Source: Lingula anatina
Taxonomy: Eukaryota > Animalia > Brachiopoda
Direction: 5' to 3'
Assembly (NCBI GenBank): GCA_051362555.1
Contig: CM120646.1
Span: 17,484,001-17,548,000 of the forward strand
Length of the DNA: 64,000 nucleotides
Shown: positions 13,816 to 28,813 of the stretch, piece by piece
Layout of the letters: the number at the start of each line of letters is the position of its first letter
How positions within the stretch are numbered: the stretch's first letter is position 1
Program-made: the position numbers and the translations under genes
The notes under the pieces: generated by a model
The model's input: the letters and a program-made list of their open reading frames with translations, nothing else
Database searches by the model: none
Told to the model about the DNA's origin: nothing

Positions 13816-16800
13816 CTAGCTCCTAATTTTTTGCGCGATCCAGGTCAGGTACTTGGTGACGTCAGCGTACACTCCCGGCAAGCCCGCGCGTGCACACCCT
13901 CTCCCCCAGCTGACCACCCCAAACTGCTTCCATTTACCGTTTTCGTTGCACACGAGCGGTCCACCACTGTCACCCTGCAGAAAAATAGCAAAAAAATAAT
14001 ATAATAATAATAATAATTAGATTCTTATATGTCGCCTTTCATTCGGTATACATTCACGTTGATCCTATAACTGCATGGTTTTGTGCACGTTGTAAGTGCT
14101 ACAGCCATGAAATGTATTGACAACGCCATGATTGTATACCGATTTTTACACACACATGCACGGTCGCACGCACGCATGCATGCTCTCACGAGTGCGTGTG
14201 GGAATACCCGGTATATGTCATGGAGGTAAGCAATATTTACAGTTCATTAACAGTTCAAGACATACTTGTATATATAATAAAAGACCATTACTTAATCCCT
14301 CTGGCAAGTACGTTGCGTTCATCTTTATTTTCAATCTCCATATTTTGTGATGTCCAGATCATACTTGTGACGTGAACAACGCTAAGACCTTCGTACGAAA
14401 TAAGCTTTTCCTTCATACATATACTATATCAACCGAACTGAGCCGAATGTTAAACGAAAACGGCCGATATCTTCCGAATGGTTGTTCTTGTGTCCTACCT
14501 GGCACGAGTCTTTTCCTCCCCCCTGGACACCAGCGCAGATCATGTTCGATGTTATTTCTCCATCGTACGCATTAGCAGCATTGCAGTCTGCACGCGCGAC
14601 CACGGGGACTTGAACTTCTTGTAAGATGCTAGGAGAGCCTTCTTGTTCTTAAAATTATTAAAAAATTATTTAAAACTAAACAACGAAATCACATGCACTG
14701 CATTACATGTAGTATAAACTTTTTGAGTTGGAAAGCTACTCGTCTTGATAGAATAATTGAAAATTATGTTAACCACTTTCATATTGTACACTTGGAATTT
14801 GACATAGATGGTGTTTTAAAACTTCTCAATACCCTTCAAGGTACATATTCTCCTGTAACGTTTTCATTACTAATCCGATATGGTATCCAACCGTCAGTAC
14901 AATTTCTCAGCTGAGTACAACGACCTCTGGCGGGGCCTACCTCCAAGTTTTCCCCAACCGGTGACGTAACAAGTTGTCCCCGCGACCACCGCGTCGCCTG
15001 GCTCGGGCAGACAGACCGGGCTACGTTCAGGGGAGTAGGTCACGGGCCTGTCGAGCTTCATCAAGGCTATGTCGTTGTCAAGTGAACCGCCATCGTATCC
15101 CTCGTGGGAGAAGATTTCCTTCACGGTTCTGACTTGGACATTTAGCGGTGAGCCCTCCACCTCCTCTGTGTCGTGTTCTCCGACCACTACTCGCCAGTAG
15201 CTGGGGGTAGACCTTTAAGAAGATATAGTTCATAATTACATACATGTATATAAAAAGGAATTATCTTTATGGCGACTGCTAAATAAAACTCGCTTCGAAA
15301 AAAAATAAACGATTAAAATGATATTCCAGCAAAGATAATTAAAAGTTATGCATTGGAAAACATTTTGACACAAGGAGTGGTGTTCCACAGGTAAGGTAAT
15401 GTACATGTGCTAGCAGTTTGAAAATGTACTGTTTACGCTCAGAGCGCTATGAGTCAACATATGATGTAGTCGAATTTGAAAGAGTAAGAGAGGCGAACGC
15501 TTCCCCACCCTCAAAATAAAAAAAATATATATTTGAAATGGAAGGTGTGTGAGTAAATCATCCCCATCGCTATTACTATGCGTCTTGATAACGTAGATCC
15601 GCCATGCTTTAAATATCGTGTAACCTACAAATCGCCATCAACGCAGTGCGCAGCCGTAAGGATCCAATCGGGCGCTATTAGACTTCCGCCGCACACGTGG
15701 TAGCCCCCCTCGTAGCTGAACAGGCTCACCATCCACGGCCAACTATGCAAAGACACTTCTTCACCTCCTACAATCCTCTTAGCATACTCATTGGTAGGAA
15801 CGCCACAGTCTTAAATTAAATCAAATAAATTGATGTAATTAAAAAAAAAGAAATGCACTGTTCAGCTGAGAAAAAGAGAAAGCGATACAAAATTAGTAGG
15901 CCTAAGTCTACTATTAAATTCAAATAAGTGCGTACAACAATCACATCCGGGTCGTGTTCCTTTGCAGAACTCATTATTAAATCCATCATAAACTTAACAC
16001 TTATTGAGATCTTTAAAGTGAAGAGATCATAATTACCACCATGCTGTGAAAGAAGTGGTAGTCAGCTAGGGACCGTAGTCCATTTTCGTTACATTTTACA
16101 GTTGACATTCGTCTCATGGTCTACTTATACTGACTCGATACTCCCATTCCTATCAACACCAGACCAACAGTCAGGTCACACCGACCCAAATGTACAACTA
16201 CACTTACCGTGGCATAAGAAATTGGCTTCGTCACTCTCATCAGCACACTGAGGACTGCCGTCGCAGGTGCGTTGTTTGTCAATGCACCGGCTGCTGCCGA
16301 TACATTTGAACTGGTCGGCCGGGCACTGGTGCGAGTCTGCGGCCACTGGAAAAAAAAAGAAAAAAAAAAGAAAAAAAAACATTTATGATCCAAACGAGAA
16401 CTGGTATCCCATGTTTAAATCCAATGACGACAGCTTTTCTCTTTTTGTGTAACAAAAGATCTCATTTGAATTTCAATGTTAACATGGAGACGCTTCATGT
16501 AAAGTGATGCCTTCCTGATATAGATCCCCATTGGTGAGTTGAGCGAAGTATGTTATTTACGCATGCATCTCAGTATGACATAGACTTGATTATAATTATT
16601 ATTATTATTATTATTATTTATTTTCTTAGTCTTCGCCATTATGACCTGCAAAGCGTTACCAAACAATTCGCCTTTATTGTAGGCCTTCGCTAGCTGTTAC
16701 AAAACATACATACATACATACATACATACATACATACATACACGGTACATACATACATACATACATACACACTAATAGATTTATCAGGGCAATAATCTAT

Positions 16801-17394
16801 ATTCATTCCACCTACCCGACGAGGGGTAAACAATGAGAACAAAACCTCTGCCGCCGACTGATCCGTCACTGTGGAATTTAACGGTTAGCCTGTTGCCAGG
16901 GACAGAATCGTGGTCGTCATGGTAACGTCGACAGAACTTTTGCTTGTATGTGGTGTTCGGCGCGCTGATTTCAACGTAGTCATAATTACAGTTTGCACCA
17001 TCGGGTTCTATGTTTATAAACCCAAAGTAAAACGTCAGCCCCTAGAAGAATATATTTAATGTGCATAACATGCGCAAAATACAGTATTAATATATGGCAA
17101 AGTAATGCTACCAAACAAGGAGCAGTTTCCGCATTTTTATATTTTCATTATGTTTACAAGCAATAATATCGTTCTATACTGCGATATTGAAATCTGGCAC
17201 ATACTGTACATATACGAGCTGTGACACGTACCTCTCCCTGAGGAGCGCTTACTTCCCAATAACAGTCCGAGCCGCTGGGGTAGTCCGTCCCGCGCGGCCA
17301 GGGATTGATGGTGATGGGGGCCCTTAGCTGAGTAGGGTTGTCCTGAGGGGGGCATGTCGGATGTTCACTGGTGCCTAAAACAGAAATATTTGCT

Positions 17395-17454
<60 letters not shown>

Positions 17455-20400
17455 ATTTTGCTTAATCCCATCAAATGTACGTTGAAGCGTTTTTGTTTTC
17501 AGGTTGGACGCAAGGCAGGTTTCGGAAATGCGACCACAAACGGTCTGAATAAAGAAGTATGCACCTACACGTACTATTCATTTCATTTGAGGATGGATGG
17601 GCGTGCCTGTCCCACTGTCCCTCCCTTTCCTTTGCTGATATATCTAATAAGCAAATCACATCTAAGCGACGGTATCTTTTAAAATATAACATTTCACACA
17701 ATTCTACATGTACCTACCTGGGCAGAGCTTGGTGCCACACAACACCGTTCTGGACGCCTGGCCAACACAAGGTGCACCCCCGTTTCTGGGAGCCGGGTTG
17801 TTACACTGGCGGCTGATGGTGCCCGTTCCACCGCCGCAGGTGACGCTGCAGCCGCTCCAATTGCCCCAGTTGCTCCATCCGCCGTTAACAACGCCTAAAA
17901 TCGCGTACAAATTAATTATAACGCTATACACGCTCGAGTACATGCCAGTCCAGACATACCTTGTATAAATGCACACCTAATTTAAAAGTTACAGAACATT
18001 TATTTCTAAACATTAGGTCGACTAATCTATCATGAACTGGAGAAAGCAAAATTCCCCTTGTCTTAAATTTAAGACCGATCGCAAGTGTTTACTCTAAGTC
18101 TTTTCAGAACTATTTGGTCGTTTGGCCTAATTACCATCGATCTCATAACGGATTCGGAATCCGGCGCGATTGATGGATCCGTCTGAGTGGAACTTCAACA
18201 GCATGTGATTCCCAGTCGACCTTATGGCCTCGGGGATAGAGTTGCCGCACATACGACTGTGTCTGTCACTGTCGGATGTTTCCCCGTCGTAGGCTTCAAG
18301 GTAGTCGTATTCACAGTTAGTACCGCCTTCTACATCAAACGTTTCGAATGTTGCTTCAATGTGCTGCACGTACAGAAAAACCAATAACATTTTATTTTCT
18401 TTTTCTTCTTCTGTAAGGTTTCAGGTGTGATATGACATTTGCTCGCAATTAATTACAGTTTAAAAGTCTGATTACCTTCATAATGTACAGTCGCACGTTT
18501 TCCATTATACACGCACGTACGCACGCACGCACGCACACACACACACACACACACTTACCCTACACAAACACTCTCACTTACTTGACCCGTAGCCGCTCTA
18601 AGTAGCCACTGGCAGTTAAGATTTGGCGGGTACTTTCCATTGGACCGAGCAAACCCTTCTGTAGAAAGCACACCCGGAGCTTGCAGCACTGTTTCCACGG
18701 TACATCCGCGGGCCGCATCAGCTGCAACAGAACGAAATGGAGTTTGAATGTTTTTTCTTCTTTTTTCATTTTGGTGAAGTTTACTTTCGATTTTCAGTAA
18801 TATCTAGTAATATCTAGAAATATAAGCTTCTTTCCTTAATTAAACCTGATATTTTAATGAAAGACAAAAACAGAACCAAATAATAATGTGACTACAGCAC
18901 ATTGAATTGGCTTTAATGTAAAACTCTGGTCTAAAAGCTTCAGGAGTTGATTTTTACATGTATACCCGTCATATCAATCATTGAACAGTGATAAGATATT
19001 AGTATACACGATTTATAGAATCTCTTTATATACTATATTCCGTGTGAAAGTCTTATTTCCACACTTGCCCTGAATCAAAGCAAAATAATAACAGTAAGAA
19101 CAGAGAAAAACGGGACCGAGTGGGAATCGAACCCACCCGTTGAGTTTAGCAGCCAAGGACATTACCAATGTGCCAGCAAATCCGGTTACCTGCTGCTGTG
19201 TTATTGACAATATACATTGTATGATACCTTTCCGAAAATTGCCAAAGGCTAGAAATACTTTCAAAATATACCTTTAACAGTTATAATCAAATTCAAACTA
19301 CGGCCACTATCTTCCCACTGCCCCAAGGAAGTGCCAACACCTTTCAGTTGTCAACAGATCGTTGTATTTTGGGAGAAAAACGTGAACAGAAGACTTCGGC
19401 TGATCTGCTATTACTATATAGATACATAATGGCACCAAATATTATGTGATAGAACATGCTTGAATCAGTTTAACAATCGACAGAATTATGAATATAAATA
19501 AAGGCAAATAATTAATTTCATTGCATAAAAGACATTACAAACAGCGTATATTATTTGTCTTACTTCTGCCTGTACCGTCGCGCATCTCGTACTCGATGAT
19601 GAATCCGAATTTATTGACGGAATCATCCGAAGCGAACTTCAGCTTCACTTTGCGTCCTTCCGAGGCGTATACGAACGTGTTGTTCCCGCAGAGCACCGTA
19701 AGAGGTTCGGCGTCACCGTTTTCGTAGATGCTTAGACTGTCGTATTGGCAGCTTGGTTCTTGTTCGATATCAAAGCCTGATGATTTCATGAAGATGTACT
19801 GTAACCGAAACAAGCGAAGCAAACATTTAAGACAGAAATCCCGACGCCAATAAGTTGCTGTTGCATTCTAAGACTTTGACAATTACGTCCGGTAAAATAA
19901 CTTTTGATTTATCAAACCATGCAAAAAATACTTCGTAAGTATTACACTTATATTTTTTCACATCACTCAATAAGTGTTCCGATATGAATCAGACACTCAC
20001 TCGTGCAAAACCATATACTAGACAGCAGATAACTTAATGGACGTCCAATGCTATATAACGTATTTTAGATTTTGTAATCTATAAATTAATAGTTTCTAAC
20101 GAGACCCACATTGCTATCGGTGTGGCTTCCAGCGATAAATCAATGTTACTTTTAATGCTTTAATTTTCAAGAACGCATCACTGAATAGGTGCGTATATGA
20201 TTAAATCTTATAGGCAGGTGAGAAAATACGGCACCGTGATTACCTTTCCAGGGGGTGCAGTGATCGTCCAGGAACAGCGGGCATTACGAGGGTATTTTTG
20301 ACCACCAGGTTTCCTTGGTGCCAAGATAACGCCGCTTTCAGCTGTGAGGTTTACTCCCCCGCCACAAGGATCTGTAATAAAATGAGTATAGGCCTACACC

Positions 20401-21208
20401 GTTACATCTGTGTTGTAGCCAAGAATTTCTTACTCGCCACTGATTTGCAGACTCAGCTGATATATTTCAAAACATGAAATGGAGTCCACAGCATGAAAAG
20501 TCACAGAATAGGTATACAGTGGTATTAAGTGCAAGAGAAAAAATTCGGTCTTTGACACCAATTGTTGGCGTGAACACAATTGAATGAGACTTCGATTAAA
20601 TTACTCAGCCGTGATTTTCTGCTACTTCAGCAGCTAATACTTGTGCTTTATACTTAATCACACTATATTGATAACCACCAGGGGTATATACCCTGTTAAG
20701 ACTTAAAGCTGACTAAACGATTGAGCTTAAAAAATTCCAAAACAAACAAGATGGCAGTCTGCGAACATTAAATTGTGACATCCATGTACCAAATGTTGGC
20801 CCACCTACAACTGGTTCGGCAGCTGACCAGTGAGCTCTGAAGCCTTCATCTTGGACGGACTCGTCCGACGAGAAAACTAGGTACATAACGTTCCCTTCAG
20901 AACGTGCCTTGAAGTCGGCAGGAAGGGTTCCGCACAGCTTTCGGCCGATGATGTTCGACTGGTCTTCCAGGGGCTCGCCTTCGTATATTGACAAACTGTC
21001 GTAATTGCACGCGCGGTGCTGTTCCAGAGAGAACGTGTCAAAGGCGAGGAGCACCTGAAGTATAGAAATATAAAAAGTTCATGAACACTTCAAAAAGCTT
21101 TCTAAAATTCAGTGCCGATAGTGTTTGAGAACTGAAGAATACAGCGGAATCCTTCAACAGAAATGGGGAGATTCTAAATGAAAAAGGAAAGTACATATTG
21201 GAGAATTT

Positions 21209-21269
<61 letters not shown>

Positions 21270-22184
21270 ATTATTAAGATTAGTACTAGAATTATGCTTT
21301 TTTAATTACATTTTTTCAATTTGAAAGTCAACTTAAAAACAGAAACATTTCACTTACTTTTACACACATCTGTCAATTCAGATGAAATTTTAGGATTTTT
21401 ATAACGAAAGATGAAGGATGGATTGTGTTTATCAACTACTTAACATAATTGAAAAAAACTACAGATTAGAAGGGATTGTTGATGTAACATGAAAGAAACA
21501 AACCACAAACCTTTGCCTTAAGTTCTTCAGTAAATAAAAAGTGGCCCTTAAAACGCTGCGCATACAAAGTCGCTCAGTGCCTTATTTACTTACCTGTTTG
21601 CCATCGGGAACCTCAATTTTCCACCTACAGACCTGGCTGTGTTCGTATGTCAGGTGTGACACTGTCCCGGCGTCTCCCGTCAACGTGTCAGTCTCGCTGG
21701 AGCACGTGGTTGAGTTGGTGAATCGCCTCGAAACCACACCTGGTTGATTCTCAGTCGCTTTTTCACTGTTGAGCTTTTTCTCTAAAGCTCCCAGCAGCTT
21801 CTTAAGAACTTTGGTTTCAAGCGTGGCTCTCGTGTTTTCGAGGGAGTTTGTTCCCGTGTCTGTCTTCTTGGGTGGGGGTTTGGGTTCAGCAGAATTGGCT
21901 CCATCGATAGCAGCAGCGGATTTTTGTAGTGGGGTACCTATGTGATACGAATTGATTGTATCAGCGTGTGGCGTGTATATACTAATAATATAACGAACAC
22001 AAAATACGATTATTATATTTAGGAAATCGAGGACTTGTAAAAGTTGATGTGCAGGATTGGGTGTTAAAGACATTGTGAAATATTCTATCATGATTGTAGA
22101 CAAAATATAATGTTCACAGTACAGTAACAATTAACCTTCACAAATACAGTCGGATACTCTGGGCTAAAGATAAAGATTTGCGAC

Positions 22185-22215
<31 letters not shown>

Positions 22216-22960
22216 TGAAAGAAAATGGCGATTCAGCCCCTATCACAGGTAGATCCCGTGTATCAAGTTCGCTGTACTCAGTACTGAAGCACTATGAATT
22301 ATTAAACTGAACCTGTCTAGTTTTATTTAACTTGACCCAGGATTGGTTGACAAAAGAACAAGTATATTGCAAATAACCTTCCATTCTTGGTGTTCACAAC
22401 TGTCAGTACTAGTATGGAATGACATCTTCACATCTTGGGCTGTAACGAAACTGATGATGCTGTGTTTTAGAATCAGTTTTTCTCTCGTGCCAATTAGAAA
22501 AGTTTTTTTTAAACAATTTCCAAGTCAGGATGGGAGTAAACAAGGCTATCCAGTGCAGGAACTACCCGGTGCAAATTGAAGATATAGGCAACTATCACGT
22601 CTTTAAGCAAGATTACGGTCACACCCGAGCGCCATATTAGAACAAACGTGACAAAACAGAAAAAGTGACATCTCTGCACTCTTTTACACACGCATGTCTC
22701 AAATAAGATCCAGAGATAAAAAAGAACAATAAACGATTGCGACCACTGTACGGTCACGGAATTCGAAGCAGCGCGACAACAACAATGAGTTTACGGATCA
22801 TATAGCTGCCAATCTGATCCCGAGATAACGTATGTATACGCGTGTAAATGCTCACAAAACAACGCGCTTTGTGACAATGGTGGTTGATACGCCAATTCAA
22901 CCAAGTAGAGTTCTTGGTTTGTCCATTGTACTGACTCACCTTAATTGTTGTCAACGACAT
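13816..22960 (-). CDS. Mosaic serine protease CUB-CUB-CUB-TSP1-CUB-LDLa-trypsin (ovochymase/enteropeptidase-like); exons 21937-21594, 21054-20790, 20371-20244, 19798-19576, 18721-18582, 18363-18135, 17894-17718, 17374-17232, 17041-16816, 16345-16208, 15809-15629, 15212-14941, 14647-14499, 13974-13816; tentative 5' exons 22960-22940 and 22745-22688
   Basis: CUB motifs ([11 protein letters not shown], FxSDxSV...GF), TSP1 [17 protein letters not shown], LDLa CPADQFKC...[13 protein letters not shown]. Activation site KR|IVGG, catalytic triad TAAHC / DIALMKL / GDSGGP, S1 Asp in GKDSCQ. Exon phases join. The 5' exons (MSLTTIK|[20 protein letters not shown], signal-like) are uncertain. Confidence 0.9.
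16705..16768. repeat. (ACAT)n tetranucleotide microsatellite
   Basis: Direct reading; one interruption. Confidence 0.9.
19112..19183 (-). pseudogene. tRNA-like element (tRNA pseudogene or SINE head) in protease intron
   Basis: Minus strand shows A-box-like TGGCACATTGG, a perfect T arm GTGGG-TTCGATT-CCCAC (B box) and a TTTTT terminator. Acceptor and anticodon stems are imperfect. Confidence 0.6.
21212..21266. repeat. (TC)n microsatellite
   Basis: Direct reading. Confidence 0.95.
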
Positions 22961-24081
22961 TGTTGTAATCAGACCTGTTTTACGTACCTGTAGACGACCA
23001 GAGCTCGTTTTGGGATGTCTGAAAGAGGGGTTATTTCCTTACCCAATTTAACCCCCATTAAATTTCTGTCTTTTGTGAAGGCGCAGTTTGGCGCAGTTTG
23101 TAGTGCTGTATCTAAGAACATACATTAAAACTGGTATATTGTCTATACTTACAGAAAAAGGCGAGTGTAAGTGCCAGATTCCTTGCTTTAGATTTACAAG
23201 GTTTAAATGCTAGATTCCTTGTTTTAGATATACAAGGTGTGAGTAGTTTTCATGACTTGCGTGAGTAGCGCGCCTGTTTTGAATGTAACCGGGTCATAAC
23301 GCTACAGGATTTTGCACAAGTAGGGTCTCTCCTGCATTTTACCGTTATTTCCAACGTTGTATGATGTATTGTTACAGTTCTACGGCGAAATCATAATGTA
23401 AGTCTTTATCTTATCAAAATATATTTGAGCATTGTATTTATTAGTTTTCTGTATAAATGATAAAGGTAAAATATTGGTATATTAGCTAGAGCACCTGGTA
23501 GGGTGTGGCCATTAGTATGAAATACAGTAAATGTAAAATACGAGAACGCATTAGTATAATTGTCAACTGTAAAGCCTTGCTGTAATTCAGTATTTAACGT
23601 TTTGATTAAAACTATATTATGGTAATTGCATTATTAGGTAAATTTCATATCATTTGTGTTCATTGAATAGATTCCAGTCTCGCTATATAAAGCCGACTTA
23701 ATGTAATGTTCAAAATATCTAGTATTATACAGTTATATATATTTGATGTATGTAATTTAAATGTTCAGATGTACATGTATAAGTATTTATATAGTTTCCC
23801 TTATTTATTTTATTTATTTATTCATTTTATTTATTTATTGTTTTCTTTCCTAGATTATGTACCTTGCTGACTTGCTGATATGTTGACTTGTCCATTTGCT
23901 GTACCGACATAAGAGATGTGAATGGCAAATTGTTACTGAACTGAACGTTGAAATAAAGCATGAGTTACATATATTTTCCACTGTCTCAACGATTTCACAG
24001 CGAGTGCTAAATCGTATTTTTCTTTTTAATTTTCCCTTAAACTATCTCATCTCCTTACATCTGTCTGTTCATCACTGAGTC

Positions 24082-24135
<54 letters not shown>
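24082..24135. repeat. (AAT)n microsatellite
   Basis: Direct reading. Confidence 0.95.
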
Positions 24136-24138
<3 letters not shown>

Positions 24139-25894
24139 AGAGTCTCTCATTATGTCCATAAATAAGGTAATCAGCGGCAGACGCCTTGCGTTGAATCCTT
24201 TAGCTCACGGTTTTCACCATTGTTGTAAAAGAGGCAAATATTTTTTAACAAAAAGACATGTTTTGATAATGCTTTGTAATCTTATTCATGCCACGCCTTT
24301 TTAGGTATCTTGTAAATCTTAAGGCTTCAGATTAAGTAGTTTTGCTATCGTGATCTGAATTTTCCTCGAAGCTTTAATAAAAGGGCTTCGCTTTTCAGTA
24401 AAAGAAGATTTTCCTTTAGAGTAAACATACCGGTAAACACAGATTTTAGAGACTAAATAATCATGGCAAAAGAGAGGGTGCTTTTCCTCAGTTGCCAAAA
24501 ACCTTACCTGAACCACAATGGTCTGAAAATCAATGAATATAACTAATTTACTGAGCATTTTCGTAGGATGGGAATAAATGAAAGCATTCATAGTATCGGT
24601 CATTCTCATTGTGAAGCTTCCACATATTCAAGTTTTACTGTAAGGCTTACAGACAGCGATTCTCCCACCATCTAATATCATTCATAAACACCACGTTTTG
24701 CAGGTTATTCTGTAGTGTAACAACACGCTACATCTTCTTAACATTTTGTCGGTGCAATTAACTTACAAAATACGCCGCAGATGGTCAGGTAGAATACAAG
24801 TCCGCGCAGATACATCTTGGTGCGGCTACACTTTGCCCTTGACAACACCCTGGCTTAACTTGCGGGTCCAGTTGAGCAAATTGTTACCGCATTGCAGGCA
24901 AAGAATGCATTGTGATTTTGCTCCTTTCGTGCACGGTGTTTATTTAAAGCTGCTAATGCCTGGCCCCGCTTCAATGGCCAGGTATTCGTTTGGCCCGCCT
25001 TTACTGGAGATTTTAAAGTCCCTTTCAGTCACGTAGGTGTTTGATTGACGGCCTATACCAAAGTATCGAATGCCAACCTTGAAGAGTGCACCCTTTATTT
25101 GCATAGTAATAACAGCAGTAGCAGCACTAATGGTAAATTATTTTATAAACTTATATGCAGTGGATAAAGAAAAAGATTGAAATACTGTGTAAGGCACAGA
25201 CAGAAAATAATTAGTTTAGTCTCGGTTTGCTCGTTATACTGATTTTAAGGAGGGGGATGCAGGGAGAGAAGGGAGTACCCCTGTAGTAGGGTGCGTGGCA
25301 GTCCTTTTCCCTGGACCTGCTATACAAGTGTATGCACCCCTCTTTTTTTCAAATATCACTACCGGTTAAATCACTGATTAAGTAAATGAAAATACGTACG
25401 CCATGTGATTGGTTTTAACTAGCCCAATCACGGATGCTTGACCTACCTAATCAAGATGTTATTAAGGTCTTTTTATATGTCTCCCTTAACACTGACGGGG
25501 TTGTTTGGATCCAGGAAGGGATAAGTGGGCTGGCGCCTCTCTTTTAGCTTCTGATGCACCCCCACCTCCCCCACCCCACCCCCACCTCCCTCACCCCACC
25601 CCCACCCACAATAAATAAACGAAGAAAGGATGCACAGCTATGCTTTTTTATCCCATGTCCCATATACCATAGTGACATTGTTTACGTCTACTGTTTTGCG
25701 GAGAGTAGCATAACAAATTATCTTTATACCCGCACCCTACCCCCACTTCCCTAAGTTAAACCTATAATAACCTGCGTAAGATGACCAGAGATAACTTCTT
25801 GCAAGGTCTCTGTATCGCCTTTTAAGAATGGGTTGTAACTAATTTGCTCACGCATATAATGACATGAAAGTTTTTACTAGATACGGCACAATAT

Positions 25895-25928
25895 TACCCT
25901 CTACCAGGGTCATAGATTGATTTTACAC
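25895..25928. mobile_element. Partial copy of small TA-flanked MITE family (see 41260-41391)
   Basis: taccctctaccagggtcatagattgattttacac matches the left ends of the 41.26 kb and 63.0 kb copies. Confidence 0.6.
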
Positions 25929-26053
25929 TAGATATTTACTGTAGAGTTTACTTTACCTTTAATTGTGTTAGAGGAGCTGGCTGATGCATCTAACACAAGG
26001 AGTTCATTATATTCATATTTGACAACTTTCCCTTAAGCAATAAAGACCCCTTA

Positions 26054-26230
26054 GGGGCCATTCAGAATGAGATGAGCCGAGTGCTAGCTGGTCCAAGGCC
26101 TTAATATGGCGGACCGCTTAATCTTGAAATGGTCTCTCCGCCTCTTTCACGCCCCCCCCCCCCCCCCCACGCATCGTCCCTGCAGGACGCATCGTCCCTG
26201 CAACTATCAAATCTCGGCTCAATTCGACCG
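26054..26230. mobile_element. Left-end copy of the 32523-32820 MITE family
   Basis: TTA-ggggccattcag...gtgctagc...atatggcggacc...gcttaatc...ggtctctccgcctct matches the left TIR of the 32.5 kb element. Confidence 0.7.
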
Positions 26231-26269
26231 GTCGAGGGACGAAAAATACATTAGAATTAATCATCAGGC

Positions 26270-26341
<72 letters not shown>
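26270..26341. repeat. (AAT)n microsatellite
   Basis: Direct reading; explains the poly-I and poly-Y ORFs in the track. Confidence 0.95.
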
Positions 26342-26343
<2 letters not shown>

Positions 26344-28767
26344 CTATTAACGCTGTTGCACTTAAGTGATACACATGTGAGAAATTGCAGTCGAGTATTT
26401 TGCATAATCACTGGATCAAGATTAAGGCATAAAGACCCTGTACAGATTGGGGAGATATAATTAAATTTTCATGAGTGTGATTTCAAAATTAACCTTTAAA
26501 TACATGTACATAAAATATATATCTCGTGTAAGAGTATTACTGCATGCATTTTGTTCTTTTTGAGACATCATTTACAGAGTTCTTGCATGGATGTGGATCA
26601 ACTCAAAAGTTTATGTATTCGCTTGCAACGTTGCCAGTGCTGTATTTCTAACAATTCAAAGTCGTTAAATTCAAAGACGTTTCCAATCACGCAATCCAGG
26701 CCAATACCGATCATCCCCGAGGAGACTCAGGCCAAGATTTCGAATTCAAAAGTGAATGAGGCGTAAAAAAATGCTCAATGACTTTTTTTAATTAAGTAAT
26801 TTAGTTTAGCTCTAATTTTTTTTTTATTTCTGACAAGAAATTGCTTAAGATATAACCAGCAATGTGGCTCACCCATGGACCTAAACTTTTTTCTGTTTCT
26901 TTTGTCAATTAAGTCTGCAAATATCTAGTTTACTCAGACCCGATGTTCGCCAGGTAATTTTTTCTAAAAGGGATAAAAAAAAGAAAATGTACCTTGAGGG
27001 GCTTATCGGCCCTCGGTTAGCCTCGACAACAAAAGAAATTTTAAAAGGGCAACAAGAAAATGTGTAAGCGTGAACAACATATTCCATATTAACATTTACT
27101 GTGTCTACATTTACGCGAGTTTGTAAACAAGGAAATGAAAAGATTAAAAACATTATTTGAGGCTGGCGTGACATGTTAATACGTCGAACACCTGGGACGA
27201 CGCTGGAGTTGACATTCTTGGCCCTACCTGATATCTCATTTATCATTGTAACTGTATGTAAACAATTGTTGGCGCCACCTCAACTATATTATTATTATTA
27301 TCATGATCATAAATACGCATATTTATTATTGTTATTGCTTTGATCATTATAATCATTATTATCGTTATTATTATACTTGTCGTCCTTGCCTTTTCATAAC
27401 ATCGTATATTTTTCATTTATAGAATAAATTTCACCGTGTTTTTTTTAACTCAAATGTGCTGAGAAAGTGTATTCTAAATTTTTGACAATGTATAGGCATA
27501 AGGATTAGGCCATAATGTCATTGGTCTTACGAGGTCACTTTTTTGGATGGTAACGTTGATTTAGTCTGCTATCTGTACTCAACCTTTTACTTCATACTTG
27601 TAAGACTTTTGCTTCTGGCTTTCTTCTTCTTTTATTGCCATCCCTGGCAACTAGCAATATGCGATTCTTTAATTTTCACTCATTTCTTTATTTATTTTGG
27701 TCTGGCTGACAGACCTCTGCGAACACAAATATTCTAAGTTATACATAAATATAAATGCAGTTGAATATGTGTCATTTGACAACGTCCGTCATACCACCCT
27801 CTCTCTTTTTCTTTCTCTCTCTCAATGTGTGTTTGAGCGCACATTTACAAATAAATAAATTTCATTTATTTATTTGTAAATGTAGGCCTACCCGTTATGA
27901 GTATTGGCGTGACAGGATGAATTCGCAGCATGGAAATAGACAAAAAGAGAAAAAAAAGAAAAAACATGAATGAGTCAATTTTAGATAATTTTTCACGATG
28001 TCTAAAGATCATTTCATTACATTATATCTTTATATATAATTGTGGCAGCGGCAATTGCTACATACTACGTTTCACACGGCCTCCCAGGTCAACAAATTGT
28101 GTTATTAGGAGGTGTCTTCGCAATGTAGTTTTCATTCTTTGACTGCCTATACCAAAGGGAAATAAGAACCAAAATCACTCCATGCCGCTCTTGAAACAAA
28201 TTATAAAGATACAGATGTTTGTGTTATGTTCCAGGTGCTTCGAAAAAAAAGGAAAAAATACCGTGGCAAGTGTTTAATTAAGACAGTCGGCGAATTTGTT
28301 CTCAAGATGAGACGACTATTCTGATTGATAAACAGTAGAAAGTTTAAAGAAACCATGTTTGCCACATTTAAACTTTACTAAATGTTCTACAGCAAATCAG
28401 AATTCTATGAAACGCACTAAAGTATATATCAACAAAGACTGATAGTTTGAAAATACATTTGGAGACAATATACAGGATATGAATGGATAAAGATGTGGGA
28501 TAATGGCGAAAATAAACGCTTAAATAAACGAATATGTCGCCACAATCTGGTCATATGGATGATTAACAAATATTGAATTTAAATGCAAATCATGTTTACT
28601 ATGGGATTAATATCAAATGCTTTATCCCAGAAGAAGCAAATTGAATTAGTTGCCCCGTATATACATGTATAGTTAATTTATGTCTACTACACTCATTATC
28701 ATATTTTTATGTTTTCGACCGACACTACTAGAAACAGGTTTTCACACTCTCTCTCTCTCTCTCTCTA

Positions 28768-28813
<46 letters not shown>

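Noticed and set aside
26106-26411. ORFs with poly-Ile and poly-Tyr tracts (similar poly-Leu ORF at 41597-41956)
   Set aside because: Translations of (AAT)n/(TAT)n microsatellites.
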